Of a stretch of DNA of 64,000 nucleotides, positions 38,948 through 51,671 are shown piece by piece (position 1 is the first letter of the stretch; every line of letters begins with the position of its first letter). Source of the stretch: Octopus vulgaris (lineage: Eukaryota); assembly GCA_951406725.2 (NCBI GenBank), contig OX597823.1, forward strand, positions 52,080,001 through 52,144,000, written 5' to 3'. The notes under the pieces were generated by a model. That model saw nothing but the letters and a program-made list of their open reading frames with translations. It was not told the origin of the DNA and ran no database searches. The position numbers and the translations under genes are program-made.

Positions 38948-39094
38948 AAACCTATCATAACTATCTTCATCTAAATATAGATAAACATATATATATATAA
39001 ACAATAAATAAAGAGATACAATTGACAATCCAATAATTTATTTATATTATAATAAAATATAATATAACATTAAAAAAATTATTAAAAACCAAAG

Positions 39095-39174
39095 AGCCAA
39101 CAATATGTTTTGACTTATTCACATTATTTGATTTATAAACAATTCAGTTTGTTTATATAAGTCTCATCAGAGCT
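39095..39174 (-). ncRNA. Hammerhead motif with G12A change (probably inactive)
   Basis: AGCT-CTGATGA-GACTTAT..ATAAGTC-AAAAC-atatt-GTT-GGCT. Confidence 0.55.
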
Positions 39175-39333
39175 TGTCCCTTACAAGGTTATCGATTTAT
39201 ATGCAAGTGAACTGAAGCAACTTTGAAAGAAATATTTTGCTCAAAGATACACTGCACTTCTACTCTGGGAATCGAAATCACGACCTTACAAGTTGAGTGC
39301 AACACCCTAACTACTAGGCCACACACACGCACA

Positions 39334-39830
39334 CGAGATCTGATCAAAAAGTATTGAGACTAGAGCTATAAAAAGAAAACTATAATACATTTAATCTCCT
39401 TCAAAGTAGTCCCTGTCTGAAACCACACTATCAGTTTTGTTTCCATTGATGGAAGTATTCCTGGAACTCCTTTTTGGGGATAGCAAGCAGCTGCTTTGTT
39501 GCATTCTCTTGGAGATCTTTGACATCTTGAATTCTTGTTCCTTTGAAGTGGGATTTGATTTTTGAAAGGCCTTTTCACTGTAATAACCTTCAAAATGTGT
39601 CTCTCTCCACATGCATACATGAATTTCCTCTGCTATGGTCACTGATGGAACCTTTATGGTGTGGTGAAATGACTACACTCCACACATCCTCCTTCCAACA
39701 ATGCTGTAAACAATGGAAGTGAGCGAGAATATTAGTACTTAGTGTGCATGCATGACAGAGCTCAAGGTCAGTCTGTATATTTTAGCTCCATTCTCATAGC
39801 AACCATCCAATACTTTTTGCTCAGACATTA
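39334..39830 (-). mobile_element. mariner deletion derivative
   Basis: TIRs CGAGATCTGATCAAAAAGTATT and AATACTTTTTGCTCAGACATTA; C-terminus KSHFKGTRIQDVKDLQENATKQLLAIPKKEFQEYFHQWK..DYFEGD*. Confidence 0.88.
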
Positions 39831-39832
39831 TA

Positions 39833-39900
<68 letters not shown>

Positions 39901-39901
<1 letters not shown>

Positions 39902-41200
39902 GGGAATATAATTCCAAAGTTACAGGGAAAAAATCAATTTAGCAATTCTAAGTCAAATTTCACAATATATAATATATGTATATAATTAAGAGAAATAACC
40001 TCTATCAAGTAATTCAATAGTGGAAGACATTATCTATATTATATAGAAAAAATTTAAATATACTATAATAAATATTATTTAAAAAATCACTAAATTAAAT
40101 AAACATTAAATTGGCTGCGCAAGTTTCATAACTATATCTTTAAATCGATAATAATGGAATCGATACTATTAAAATTAATTCGATTTAAAAATATAGCCAC
40201 TCTTCAGGTCTAAAATATTAAAATAAATGTATGTATCTTAACATATAATAATTAACAAATAAATATAGAAATATACGTATTGTAACAATGAATAATCAAA
40301 TAAAATGTAACAATATTAATGAAAAATAAGATCATAACTTACCTTATTGAAGAATACGAGTTAACTGAAATTTTAAACGTTAACCTTAGAACCTGGTGTT
40401 GCCAAGAAATTTATCATGTGAAAACATGACGTAAATAATAACTATAGAATAAATAGATAGAAATATATATTTTAGCTGTGAAAATATCAATATGTGTTTC
40501 AGCTATGAAAATAAGAAATAAACTAAATGTAATATTCTCAATAATTTAAAACTAAAATACGTAAATACATAAAATAAACTAAATTTCGATAACTTAATCT
40601 ATATTCATCAATTTATTTATTTATTTTATAAACATTTTGGTTTAATCTTATTCTAATTATGTACTATATACAACATAGTCTACTGTTAATTTATACTCAT
40701 TATACTACTACAAACTATAACTACAAAAATTAGTAACATAAATCAGGGTTTATATATATATGCATAAATTAGCTAAACTTATTATATAAGTAATTTAACT
40801 AATGTCTACATTTAATTTTTCGCTCATCTTGGGAAATTAAAATAACTTTTTATTATTAGATAATAATATCACCATAAATTCATTGTACATAGTAAACAAA
40901 AATTATTACCTATTCGATAAGATTTAGCTTTACAAACTATCTCCCAATTTAAATTATACTGAATTCCTGTAGATTTTAATATCCATACATATTTGCTAAG
41001 GCCAGTAGAATTAATCAATGTTTTATTCTTAAATGAATGCATGTGTTGATCCACCCTTAATTTAATTTTATTAGAAGTAAACCCCACATAAATCGCATTT
41101 AAATTATAACTATTCCTATAAATATTATCATCAATCAAAGTCACTACGCATTTATATACTACATCATCCAAATTACATTTACTTTTAAATTTACATTTTG
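39901..41200 (-). mobile_element. Penelope-like element 3' part (Naiad/Chlamys-like GIY-YIG plus AT-rich terminal repeat)
   Basis: CKFKSKCNLDDVVYKC..IYVGFTS..KLRVDQHMHSF..STGLSKYVW..WEIV..FCLLC; hammerhead-like motif at 40113-40210; terminal 39901-39965 resembles 31936-32005 in reverse. Confidence 0.8.
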
Positions 41201-41655
41201 TCTTATCTGCACTTAGTCTGCTTAGGAGGTTGTTGTGTCCTAGCATATGTGCTGCTTCTTTTAATATTCATATTTTCTAGTGGTGTTCATTGTCCATTAG
41301 TTTAACTTCATCCCACAAGGGGAGGTGGTCTCCATTTTTCCATGGTAGGTTATATAAAGGTGAAACATGCTGCACCCTCAAAATAAAGGTAGAGGAACAT
41401 TGCAAAGCTGTGACATGGAGAGATATTGATAAATTGGGTATAGCTGATCATGTATGGAACAATGGAGACCACCTCCCCATGTGGGATGAAGTTAAAATAA
41501 TAGGAGAGAATGCGCGCCATTTCGGGGCCTACCTCTCAACGGCATCAATGCGCACATATGCTAGGACACAACAACCTCCAAAGCAGACAGTGCAGATATG
41601 AATAGCATATGGGAACCGGCAATAAGAAAGGATAGGAAAATATTAGATTTATAAA
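41198..41655 (+). mobile_element. Second Penelope-like (Poseidon-type) GIY-YIG fragment with an inverted partial copy
   Basis: GRLYKGETCCTLKIKVEEH..IADHVWNNGDHLPMWDEVKII from 41344; 41198-41343 is an inverted copy of the C-terminal part. Confidence 0.8.
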
Positions 41656-41739
41656 CCCTAAAATTCACTCCATAATTGCCCACGGGCATATGGCGAGTGG
41701 TTAAGAACATGGGCTACTAACCTCAAGATTCCAAGTTCG

Positions 41740-41780
<41 letters not shown>

Positions 41781-41830
41781 CATCAGAAATTACCTTAGAA
41801 ATGAGAACTCAGGTTCAAAACTTCCCCCAA

Positions 41831-41876
41831 GACACCTGATGAAGGCTGGAGGGTATATCAGCTGATACATTGTGTT
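41831..41876 (+). ncRNA. Degenerate hammerhead motif in the PLE 3' end (41780-41955)
   Basis: GACAC-CTGATGA-AGGCTG..CAGCT-GATAC-ATT-GTGTT; GAAA core mutated. Confidence 0.5.
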
Positions 41877-41993
41877 AACAACAAACAAGATGAGAACGAA
41901 TATCCATCAAGTGTAAATAATGTACATAATTCCTCATCTCTTAAAAATAGAACTGCATTAAGCGAAGACTCATTGAACAGTAAAGTCCTAGAT

Positions 41994-42223
41994 CAGTAGT
42001 TCTCAACCCTTGGGGGTCCATATAAGGTTTGTTGCTGAAGTTTATGTACAATAAATTGGTTATACTTCTACAATACACAAACTAATTTTACAATTTTTAT
42101 ATAATTACTAATAATGTTTAATTATAAAAATATAATAGTGTTGTTTTTTTTTAACATTGTGGTCCAGTAGAGTCAAATAGGATTCAAACGGGGTCAATAG
42201 GCAAAAATAGTTGAGAACCACTG
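41994..42223. mobile_element. hAT (Charlie-like) MITE with 8-bp TSD
   Basis: TIRs CAGTAGTTCTCAAC and GTTGAGAACCACTG; TSD TCCTAGAT at 41986-41993 and 42224-42231. Confidence 0.92.
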
Positions 42224-42730
42224 TCCTAGATATAATACAAAACAACAGAATGGTTATGGCTGAAACATTTTTGATCATTTGCTTGCTCAGTCAGGGATGG
42301 CATAAGGCTAAACAAAGCAGGCAACAATAATGTCAACAACAACAAGCAGTGATCCTCCTTTTTATAATTCGAATAGCCAGATATTTAGAGTGTAGGATAA
42401 AACATGAGTGTCAGCTGAAAAGTTCATAGGCTGACCACCCAGTGCACCTTGTAAAGTGATCAGCATTAGGACAGATTGCAAGCCTTAGAAACCACACCAA
42501 AACAGACAGTAGAACATGGACATTAAATGGTATTTCCTGGGTGGAGAATTGGTGGAATTATTTGAGTTTCAGATGAGATGCTTTACAATATTTGTTCTGA
42601 TTCTTCGTCATATTTGTTACAAGATGGAGAACATAATGTATGGCCCAGTATAACACCACCTCAAGTTCTTGGGTGCCTTTAGCATAATTCACTCTGTCCC
42701 AAAACAATTCAGGCCAGGTTTCTGGTTTAA

Positions 42731-43180
42731 ACATTTTGTTACCATCTTTCTGTTAAAAGACACTGCCTTTGTTTTGATAAATTTTGAAAATAACAAAGAA
42801 TCTAGTAAAATAATTGTCATTATTAAGCTGGTGTAAGGTAGTGGGTTGGCAGAATCGTTAGCAAGCTGGGAAAAAAGCTTAGCAGTATTTCATCTATCTT
42901 TACATTCTGAGTTCAAATTCCACTGAGGTCGACTTCGCCTTTCATTATTTTGGGGGTGATGAATTAAGTACCAATGCAACACTGTGGTCAGTGTAATCGA
43001 CTAACCCTCTCTCCCTAAATTTCAAGGTCTTGTGCCTTTAGTAGAAAAGATGATTACACTGGTGTTTGGGATAAAGATCAATTTGAAATTTTGCAGGAAG
43101 AGTTGAATTTAAATCTCTTTAAAACAATGAGGTGTATCATAGAATCAAAGGTGGTCTCAGGTAAATTGGTATCAAAAAGG
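42731..43180. mobile_element. TTAA-flanked MITE interrupted by a family A SINE (about 42834-43050, +)
   Basis: TTAA|ACATTTTGTTACC..GGTATCAAAAAGG|TTAA; the SINE is flanked by a CTGGTGT duplication. Confidence 0.7.
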
Positions 43181-43359
43181 TTAAAGATAACTTTCTCCAT
43201 TGATCTCATCAATCTTGGAAGCCCTGGAGAAAATAAAGGGTTAAAAATACTAACCTCCCTGCCTGGTTAAGCGATAAAGAAAATATAAAAAACTCTCTTG
43301 TTATGAGCATCAGTATTATCCATGGCTATAGTTGCATTCTCCACCACCACTATCAATAG

Positions 43360-43575
43360 TTTGGTCACAAATTTTGGCACAAGGCAGCATGCTGGGGCAG
43401 GTGTTAAGTCAATTACATCGATTCCAGTGATCAACTGGTACTTATTTTGTCAGCTCCAAAATGATGAAAGGTAAAGTTGACCTTGGCAGAATTTGAACTC
43501 AGAATGTAAGGCTGGATGAAATACCTCTGAGCATTTTTGCTCTGGTTGCTAATGACTCTGCCAGCTCACTGACTT
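43360..43575 (-). mobile_element. SINE family A
   Basis: Diagnostic core and head. Confidence 0.85.
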
Positions 43576-44499
43576 AACACTGCCAGTAATATCAATAACA
43601 AGGATGATGAGCCAACAAGGAAGCCTCTATGTGATTTTATGACACACTAGAAATAATAGCCAAACCACCTTCAGAAAAGCCCAGCCATCTTAAAAAGAAA
43701 ATGTCATATTTGATAATATAGTCTTAGATATCTCTAAAAAGATGGGATGGTCTTGGCCAGAATGCCTTTGATAATATATCTGATTGATGTGGATTGAACT
43801 GGGATTAAGCAACAACAAAACCATCACCAACGCTGCTGTTACCATCGACCAGTGTCACCCAACACTACACAACACCACTACAACATGGCCCACAGGGATT
43901 TTGAAACAATATTTTTATTACAATATAGTTATCAATATATGAAATATGACTGTAACTGGGAAGGTTAGTTGTTCCTGAATTTGGCAGCAAGCCATCAGAA
44001 TAATAGTAAATTTTACTTGCCCTCCTCACACACACCATATGGATTCTTGAATGACGGTGAGAGAAAAGCATAAGTGGTTGTGTATGTACATAGCTAAAGT
44101 GCACTTGCATACTTGCTCTGTGAGTGCTATGTTGTATCTGTGTTGTCGTGATTTCTTACAACAGTTAAGTATCTAAGTTGTTAATATGCACAATTAATCT
44201 CAAAATGACAACGACAATTTACATGGGTTACGCTATTTGCATATTTTTCACTCTCCCAGCAAAATTACACAAGTTAATTATGTCCCCTCCCCTTTCTGCC
44301 ACACCTCCTCTATTGCATTTACTTCATTTAAAACCCACATCCTTTCAGTCCCTTTCACATATCTGGCTTTGATCCCATAATGACAAATTTACATTCCTTG
44401 AATGTAAGAAGGGAATTGAAGCAGCTTGCCTATAATAATAACAACACTCTGATGGAGACCAAACACCACCAGCACTCCCAGGAACAAAACAACACCGCC

Positions 44500-45040
44500 T
44501 GTACAATCATCATCATCATCATAATCATCACCACCAGCACTAAGACTAATAGCATTCATCACTAACACTACCAACACCATCACCACCACCATGAGTGCCA
44601 CTGCCACCACCAACACCAACACCAACACCACAACCACCATGAGTGCCACTCTCATCACCACCTTTACCAAAACCACCATCATCAGCAACACTATCACCAA
44701 CATCACCATCACCATCACTACCACCCTCACCACCTTTGTCACCGTCACCTACTCAGTGACCACCACTACCACCGTCACCCTCACCAACACTACCACCATC
44801 ACCACCACCACTTATGTCACCATCACCTACTCAATCACCACCACCACCACCACCTTCACCCTCACCGACACAAACCACAACTGCCACCACAAACTGCCAA
44901 CACCAATGTCACCATCACCTTATGCAACCAATGCCGCCATAACTAACGGCACATTCCCTCCCACTACCACCACCACCACCACCACCACCACTACCACAAC
45001 ATTGGCAACCATCACCTATTCAGCCACCACCAACCAATCC
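44500..45040. repeat. (CAC/CAT)n degenerate trinucleotide tract
   Basis: Seen directly; explains the poly-Thr and poly-Val ORFs. Confidence 0.9.
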
Positions 45041-45409
45041 ATTTCACATTGTCAAAAGTCAAAGCATGCCCAATTAAAACTCACAAAAGCGATCCTTTTA
45101 GATTATTAATTATACAATGAGTATAGCATTAATAATGACGATGACTTTCATTTGTAGTGGCTGTGTTGTCATTCGCTGTCATAACTATCATAAATGATTG
45201 CATAAGCTTCTCTCCTGTAATCTCTGGCTGTTATTGGAGTACTCTGAGAACATTGGCTCTCTTATCTGTTGTTAGATACAGTGAGTGATGTAACAGCCTG
45301 CGAGTCAAAATTTATCGTCACTTGACTCACGGGTCCTGTGTTCTTGTCCAGCTGCAGGCAATGATTTCATTCCCATTTTCCGAAAGTTTCAAATCGAATT
45401 AAAATACTA

Positions 45410-45839
45410 CAGTAGAATTATTAGAGCACTGAGCAAAATGCCTTCCGGTATTTGTTTCAAATCTTTTAAAACATTCTGAATGTAAATTCCTTCTTTTGAA
45501 GTCAGCTTTGCCATTCATCTCCCTGGGGTGGTTCATACCAGTCAAGTACTGGGGTCATTGTGATCGACTCACTTCCCCTACCACTACCACCCCCACAATC
45601 ACAACTCAGAATTGCTGGCCCTGGGCTCAAGTTAGAACCTGTATTTCTAGAGTGCCAGCAAGAATACCTTGCAATATTTCTTCTGGCTCTTTATGTGCTG
45701 AGTTCAAACCCTACTGAAGTCAACTTTGTCTTTCATTCTTTAGGGGTGATAAAATAAAGTACCAGTCATGTACAGGTGTCAACGAAATTGACTACCACCT
45801 CCCCTTGAAATTGTTGGTCCTATGCCTAAATGAGAAACC

Positions 45840-45840
<1 letters not shown>
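45410..45840 (+). mobile_element. Two decayed family A SINEs followed by (TTA)n
   Basis: GTCAACTTTGTCTTTCATTCTT and AAGTACCAGT blocks. Confidence 0.7.
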
Positions 45841-45890
<50 letters not shown>

Positions 45891-45892
<2 letters not shown>

Positions 45893-46140
45893 TCTCTCTC
45901 TCTTATACTCTTTTACCTGTTTCAGTCATTTGACTGTGGCCATGCTGGAGCACCGCCTTTAGTCGAGCAAATCGACACTAGGACTTATTCTTTGTAAGCC
46001 TAGTACTTATTCTATAGGTCTCTTTTGCCGAACTGCTAAGTTACGGGGACGTAAACATACCACCATCGTTTGTCAAGTGATGTTGGGGGGACAAACACAG
46101 ACACACAAACATATACACACACATACATATATATATATGG
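45891..46140 (-). mobile_element. SINE family B, 3' half
   Basis: Close match to the 7960-8400 blocks. Confidence 0.9.
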
Positions 46141-46779
46141 GTATAATGAAATAGAACAAGGTACTTTATCTTATGCTTTAACAAAACGCCTATTTCATGT
46201 GCAGCATCATCTTCAAATCAGATGCCAAAGCTTAAGCTCAGACCATATTGGGTAAGTTTCAACGTTTCATCTGCAGTGCAGAGTTATATGGTGTGTGAAT
46301 TGTTGGTGCTATAGGGTCAGGTTTCAATTATACAACTGTATACACTGAGAATAGTAATGTACATTCTTCTGTTGTTAATCTGTTATTGATTAGAATGGAT
46401 CTTATTAGTTCTTACTCAGGTGTCAATAAGGTAACAATTATGTTATCTATTACGTTCATAAAATATCTTATGATTATAGTTGTACTAATGGCTTTCTCTG
46501 GCCAATAAGCTGTGCAGCATTTCACCTGCCCTTGCGTCTTGACCTCAAATTCTTCCATGGTCAACTTTACCTTTCATCCTTTCAGGCTTGATAGAATAAC
46601 TACCAGTTGAGTACTGGGGACGATGTAACTGATGTGCCTCTTCCCAACATTGCTGGCCTTGTGCCAAAATTTGAAATCAGTATTGTAGTTCTAACCACAA
46701 AAAAATGTTGGCTTCTGTGAGAGGGGTGATGATAGAATGAAATTTACTGGGAAGATGTGTGACACTGTCTTCTAGATTA

Positions 46780-47150
46780 TAGTCTATCTGTTTGAGGGAC
46801 AAAGAACTTATGCAAAATTTGTTTGATATTTGTGGCACAGTGTATCAAGGTTGATCTTTGGTCCATACAACCAAGATCTCTCTCATTTTGGACATCACAT
46901 AGGGTCTATGAAGAAATAAAACCCAAGCGGCTTCTTGAGCACTTGAGTTAATTTTCTCTCTGTTGTCACTTTTTGTTTCTAATGTAGATGTTGCAAGCTT
47001 TTATGTTTTAGCAATGTGGGTGTGTTTTGATTTTTTTTTTTCATGCATCTAGTCTTTAAAACAACAGGTTTAATGTGCAATGCTATCCTTTTGTGGTTTC
47101 TTTTTCATCAACCCTCTTCAGTCCTGGAAGGTTTCCTTCCAGATATCTTG
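46780..47150 (-). mobile_element. Possible pogo/Tigger N-terminal relic
   Basis: SKMREILVVWTKDQ resembles the CENP-B HTH segment MEKLL.VWIEDQ; otherwise very decayed. Confidence 0.35.
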
Positions 47151-48729
47151 AATTGTAGGTAAATCCAATTGTGCCAATGATCAGTTATTATCTAAAACAA
47201 TTATGTATTTAAAAAATAGCTCGGGGAAAAAAACTGTTTGTGAGAGGAAAATATATTTGTCCAATTCCCAAAGATGTAAGAATAAAAATGAGAAGATAAA
47301 AAGTTAAATGAGTGAGGTGGAAGGAAGTACAGTATGATTAGTTGAAAATTCACCAGGTTCATTGGTTCTTCACCCCTTGCGCTCCTGACTTGAGCCATAA
47401 AAACTTCATGCTCTACTGATACACACCGTTGTGATATACAACACATGTTGCTACAGGCATTATTATTATGCTGATACTATTATTGCTGTTGCAAGCTGAC
47501 TATTCAAAAGTTGGTGGGTTAGTAATGGAGGTGATGTTAGTAAAATTGGTTTTCATGTTTGCGATGGTGATGGTGAGGATACTGTTGGTGGTGGCTGATC
47601 AATTTCAAGTCACTTCTTACTGACCTAAAATAAAAGACATTTCATTCAAGTTTTATAATACACCAGTGTACCACATTATCTCATGTGATGGCTTTATATT
47701 CCATATGGGGTTGGATTGATTAAGGTGTTTGCACTATTGTTGCTGCTGTTGGCGGTCATTAAGGAGTTGCTGGGATGTTAATGGTAGGGAATGTATTGGT
47801 TTTAGTTTTGGTATTAATATTGATGCTGGTTATGTTGGTGTTGATGATAGTGGTGGTAGTAGTGATGATGACAGTTGATTATATATATGTATATATGAGG
47901 ATGTGTGCATGTTTATGTATGTATAGACTGATAGATAGATAGAGAGAGAGAGATAAATACATACATACATACATAATCATTGTGATGCAAAGAAATATAT
48001 GCAAGCATAAAAATATTTACAGGGAAAATTCCACATACCATTTTGTGTTAACAGTGGTGCATATAAACTTGCGTGCACACTCACACACACACACACATGT
48101 ATTTATGTATATATGTATGTATGCATGTATGTATGTTTAGTATGTATGTATATATGTACGTATGTATGTATGTATGTATGTATGTATGTATGTATGTATG
48201 TATGTATGTATGTATGTATGTATGTATAGGGTTTTAATACTGTTGGTTTCAAATAATGCATGTATTAAGTATTTGCATTTCAATGATAAAATAATTATTG
48301 TTCATGGAGCAAATGGTCAGTTGTTTTAGTTTGAATGTCTAAGTTTTGATCTTACAAATGATGCTGCACATTTCCAATGAACTGCAATACTATTTGAAAA
48401 AATGAATTGGAAGTTATGAACACCTCTTCACATGACTTCACTATATGTGGCAAGACTAAAAAGGAATTTAACAAAAAAAATTTATTTTAACACTTTATTT
48501 TAAGCTGCTCACAATTCTAATATAACAATGAATAAGGATAAATGTAAATCTGTATTGAAGATTAACAAATCAGCCATGACAAAGTGACCCCATCATTATT
48601 AACTCTACTTAAAGAAATACCTGTGCCTACTTATAAATCTCATGTGATAGGTCTGTTTCTTTATCATTCCTATAGGTTTACTCATTTCTTTGAATGCATG
48701 GGAGCATGTCAATATTCTGTTTCCACAAG

Positions 48730-49160
48730 GAAAGTGAGCTGGCAGAATTGTTAGCACACTGGGCGAAATGCTTAGCAGTATTTCGTCTGTCTTTACGTTC
48801 TGAGTTCAAATTCCGCCAAGGTCGACTTTGCCTTTCATCCATTCGGGGTCGATAAATTAAGTACCAGTTGCGCACTGAAGTCGATGTGATCGACTTAATC
48901 CCTTTGTTTGTCCTTGTTTGTCCCCCCTATGTTTAGCCCCTTGTGGGCAATAAAGAAATAAGAATTGTTAGTACACAGATCAAAGCACTTAGTAACATTT
49001 TGTCCATCTTTACATTCAGAGTTTAAATTCTGCTGAGGTCAACTTTGCCTTTCGTCCTTTTGGGGGTCGATAAAATACATATCAGTTGAAGACTAAGGTC
49101 AATTACATCGACTTAGCTCCTTCTGCAAATCTGCAGGTCTTGTGCCAAAATTTGAAGCCT
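48730..49160 (+). mobile_element. Two tandem or nested family A SINEs
   Basis: Young copy at 48730-48962 followed by an older headless copy. Confidence 0.88.
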
Positions 49161-49229
49161 ATATTCAGTTTCCATTCTTGGGGAAGGATGTAATAATTAA
49201 TGAGCAAAAAACAGCTTTTACACAATGAA

Positions 49230-49330
49230 CAGAAGTTGTTTGAAGACAAAACAGATGCCTCTGATGTTACCATCAGAGCTGCTCTTAATCAAAACTATAG
49301 TCATATTGCATTGCTTTTTCAGCCAAATAA
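49230..49330 (+). mobile_element. Gypsy-type RNase H fragment
   Basis: FEDKTDASDVTIRAALNQ..HIALL matches F.VETDASD.AI.A.L.Q..PVAFF. Confidence 0.55.
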
Positions 49331-49732
49331 ATTCTTAATCTTTGAATTAGTCGTGTGTTGTAACCTAAAGTTGATGACTTAAAGACTGTATGGGAATGAT
49401 ATTGATGTCTTCAGTTATATTGAAAACACTAATGTTTCAGCTGTAGCACAATGCACTTTTGAGCATTATGCTATGGCTGGGACTGTCACAAATCTGTCGC
49501 TTTCTTATTGGCAAACAATACCTTGAAATCCATTATTTATATGTTTGCAGTGACACACAAAAGTATAGATAAAAAGGGAAAATATATATATTTGACACCT
49601 GCAATTAGAACTCATATCATTCTGTTATGAAACGTGCATTCTCTAAGAAATTATATTCTGAACTACCAAACTATAGGACATGCTTATGCAAGACATGGGC
49701 AAATATCACTGTACACACATAAATACATGCAG

Positions 49733-49764
<32 letters not shown>

Positions 49765-49818
49765 ACAGAAAGAAGTGTATTCCCATGCAGGAAAAAAAAT
49801 GTAGATTAGTTGTAGTAG

Positions 49819-50449
49819 TTTGAAAATACACCTGACTCTGAAAAACGTGTAGTCATTTTTAAATAGATTTATTCACATACCAAAGTAGTTTCAACAATTT
49901 TTTACTTATAAGTGGTACAAATATATTTAAAACGGTAGTGGGTGGTTAGGAGAGTTTAAAATTACCAAATGAAAAATTGGACAAACATTCAAGTGTTCAC
50001 AGAAATTTCAATGAGTTTCACAGGGATAGATAGTAATATCAATGTAAATGTTTAGGGAAGATCATAGCAAATGTACATTATTGTAAGTTCAGTCATATCG
50101 AGTTTTTATAAAATAAGTGAAGAAGAAAGGGAAAAAAAGCAGAGAGAAAATTTTTTTTTCTTTTTTATAATTTTTGTCGTGGTGCATATAATTCTTGTTT
50201 TCTTGTTGGAATTGGAAAATTTTTTCTTGTTGGAATCAAAAGAAATTCATTGAAATTTCGGTGAACATTTGAACACTTGATAGTTTAAACATGTTTGTTC
50301 AATTTTTAACTTGTAATTTGAAACTCTCCTACTACCCCACCCCCTACTTTTTTTATCGATAAGCAAAATATTGTCGAAACTAGTTTGGTGTGTGAATAAA
50401 TCTATTTAAAAACAACTACATATTTTTCATAATCAGGTGCATTTTCAAA
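49819..50449. mobile_element. Foldback DNA element with long diverged TIRs of about 200 bp
   Basis: 49819-50016 is the imperfect reverse complement of about 50240-50449 (for example TTTAAATAGATTTATTCACA and TGTGAATAAATCTATTTAAA). Confidence 0.8.
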
Positions 50450-50474
50450 TTTCAAAACAAATTCTCTCCTACAT

Positions 50475-50509
<35 letters not shown>

Positions 50510-50944
50510 AACATACACACACATACATTTATATATATGTACATATGTGTGTTTGCCTGTATGTGTGTACATATATGTGTAAATATATTTACATATATAC
50601 ACACACATATGTGACAGAATCTAGTTTAGTTTCTGCTTGAAAATTTTCACTTGTAGGATATTGATCATCTCATAGAATATGATAGAAAACTCTTGCCCCA
50701 AATGCCACATAGTGGGATTGAACCTGAAACCACAGAATTGTGAATTGATATCTTCTTAATCACACAGAACCATGCTTGCATGGAAAATATATCAGTATGC
50801 AAAACATTCACTAAGTAAAGCTTAAACAATAATTAAGACCTTCAGAATTTCTGGCAACCACTTCATTTTCATTGATTGATACCAAATCTGATTGCTGTCA
50901 ACACCAGACTAGCTTAGCATTTGCTACAGCCTAAAAATTTTCAC

Positions 50945-51168
50945 CTTCTGTTACTATTTCATCTAAGAAGAGGCAGGCTCTTTTCACATTGCTATAATTT
51001 GCTCCCATCTCTTCCTTAGTCACGTTAATAACTTTAAAATTTGTTTTGTCATAGAAATGAATCTGAGAAATGCTTCAATGAGTTCTTTCCATTTCAGCAG
51101 GAATCCAATAAGTGTTGTACTTTTCTGTCACAACCAATAGCATTAAATGCATAAAATCTGGCAAAGAT
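50945..51168 (-). pseudogene. Exon-like segment with a single in-frame TGA
   Basis: Strong acceptor CTTTCCTTACTTCCCTTACTTTCAG, possible donor GAAG|GTGAAA; 74 codons with one TGA at 51075-51077. Confidence 0.3.
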
Positions 51169-51544
51169 CTGAAAGTAAGGGAAGTAAGGAAAGTGTAGAC
51201 ACACTAATAATCAGTGGATGCTTCATTTTGCTTTGTTTCCATGCTATATCCATCATCTCAGGTCTTTGTCTCTAATACTTTCACTGCAATTTCATCACAA
51301 TCATTTATAGCTTCTAAGTGCTACTGTTTCAAGTGGCAGCTCCGTTTCAGAGACTAATAAACAAAGATCTATCTATGTTTGATATTATTTGGAAATGTAT
51401 ATATTTATAAACTTGTCTGCAATAAAAACATGGTTACAGTTAGCATACTTAATTATTTATTAAATATATCATTCCAAGTTCTACTTAGTAACATTAAACA
51501 CTATGCTTTATTTTACATATATATATGCTGGTATACATACATGA

Positions 51545-51671
<127 letters not shown>

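Noticed and set aside
47085-47125. Minus-strand CTGAAGA..GAAAC
   Set aside because: No pairable stem II or stem I
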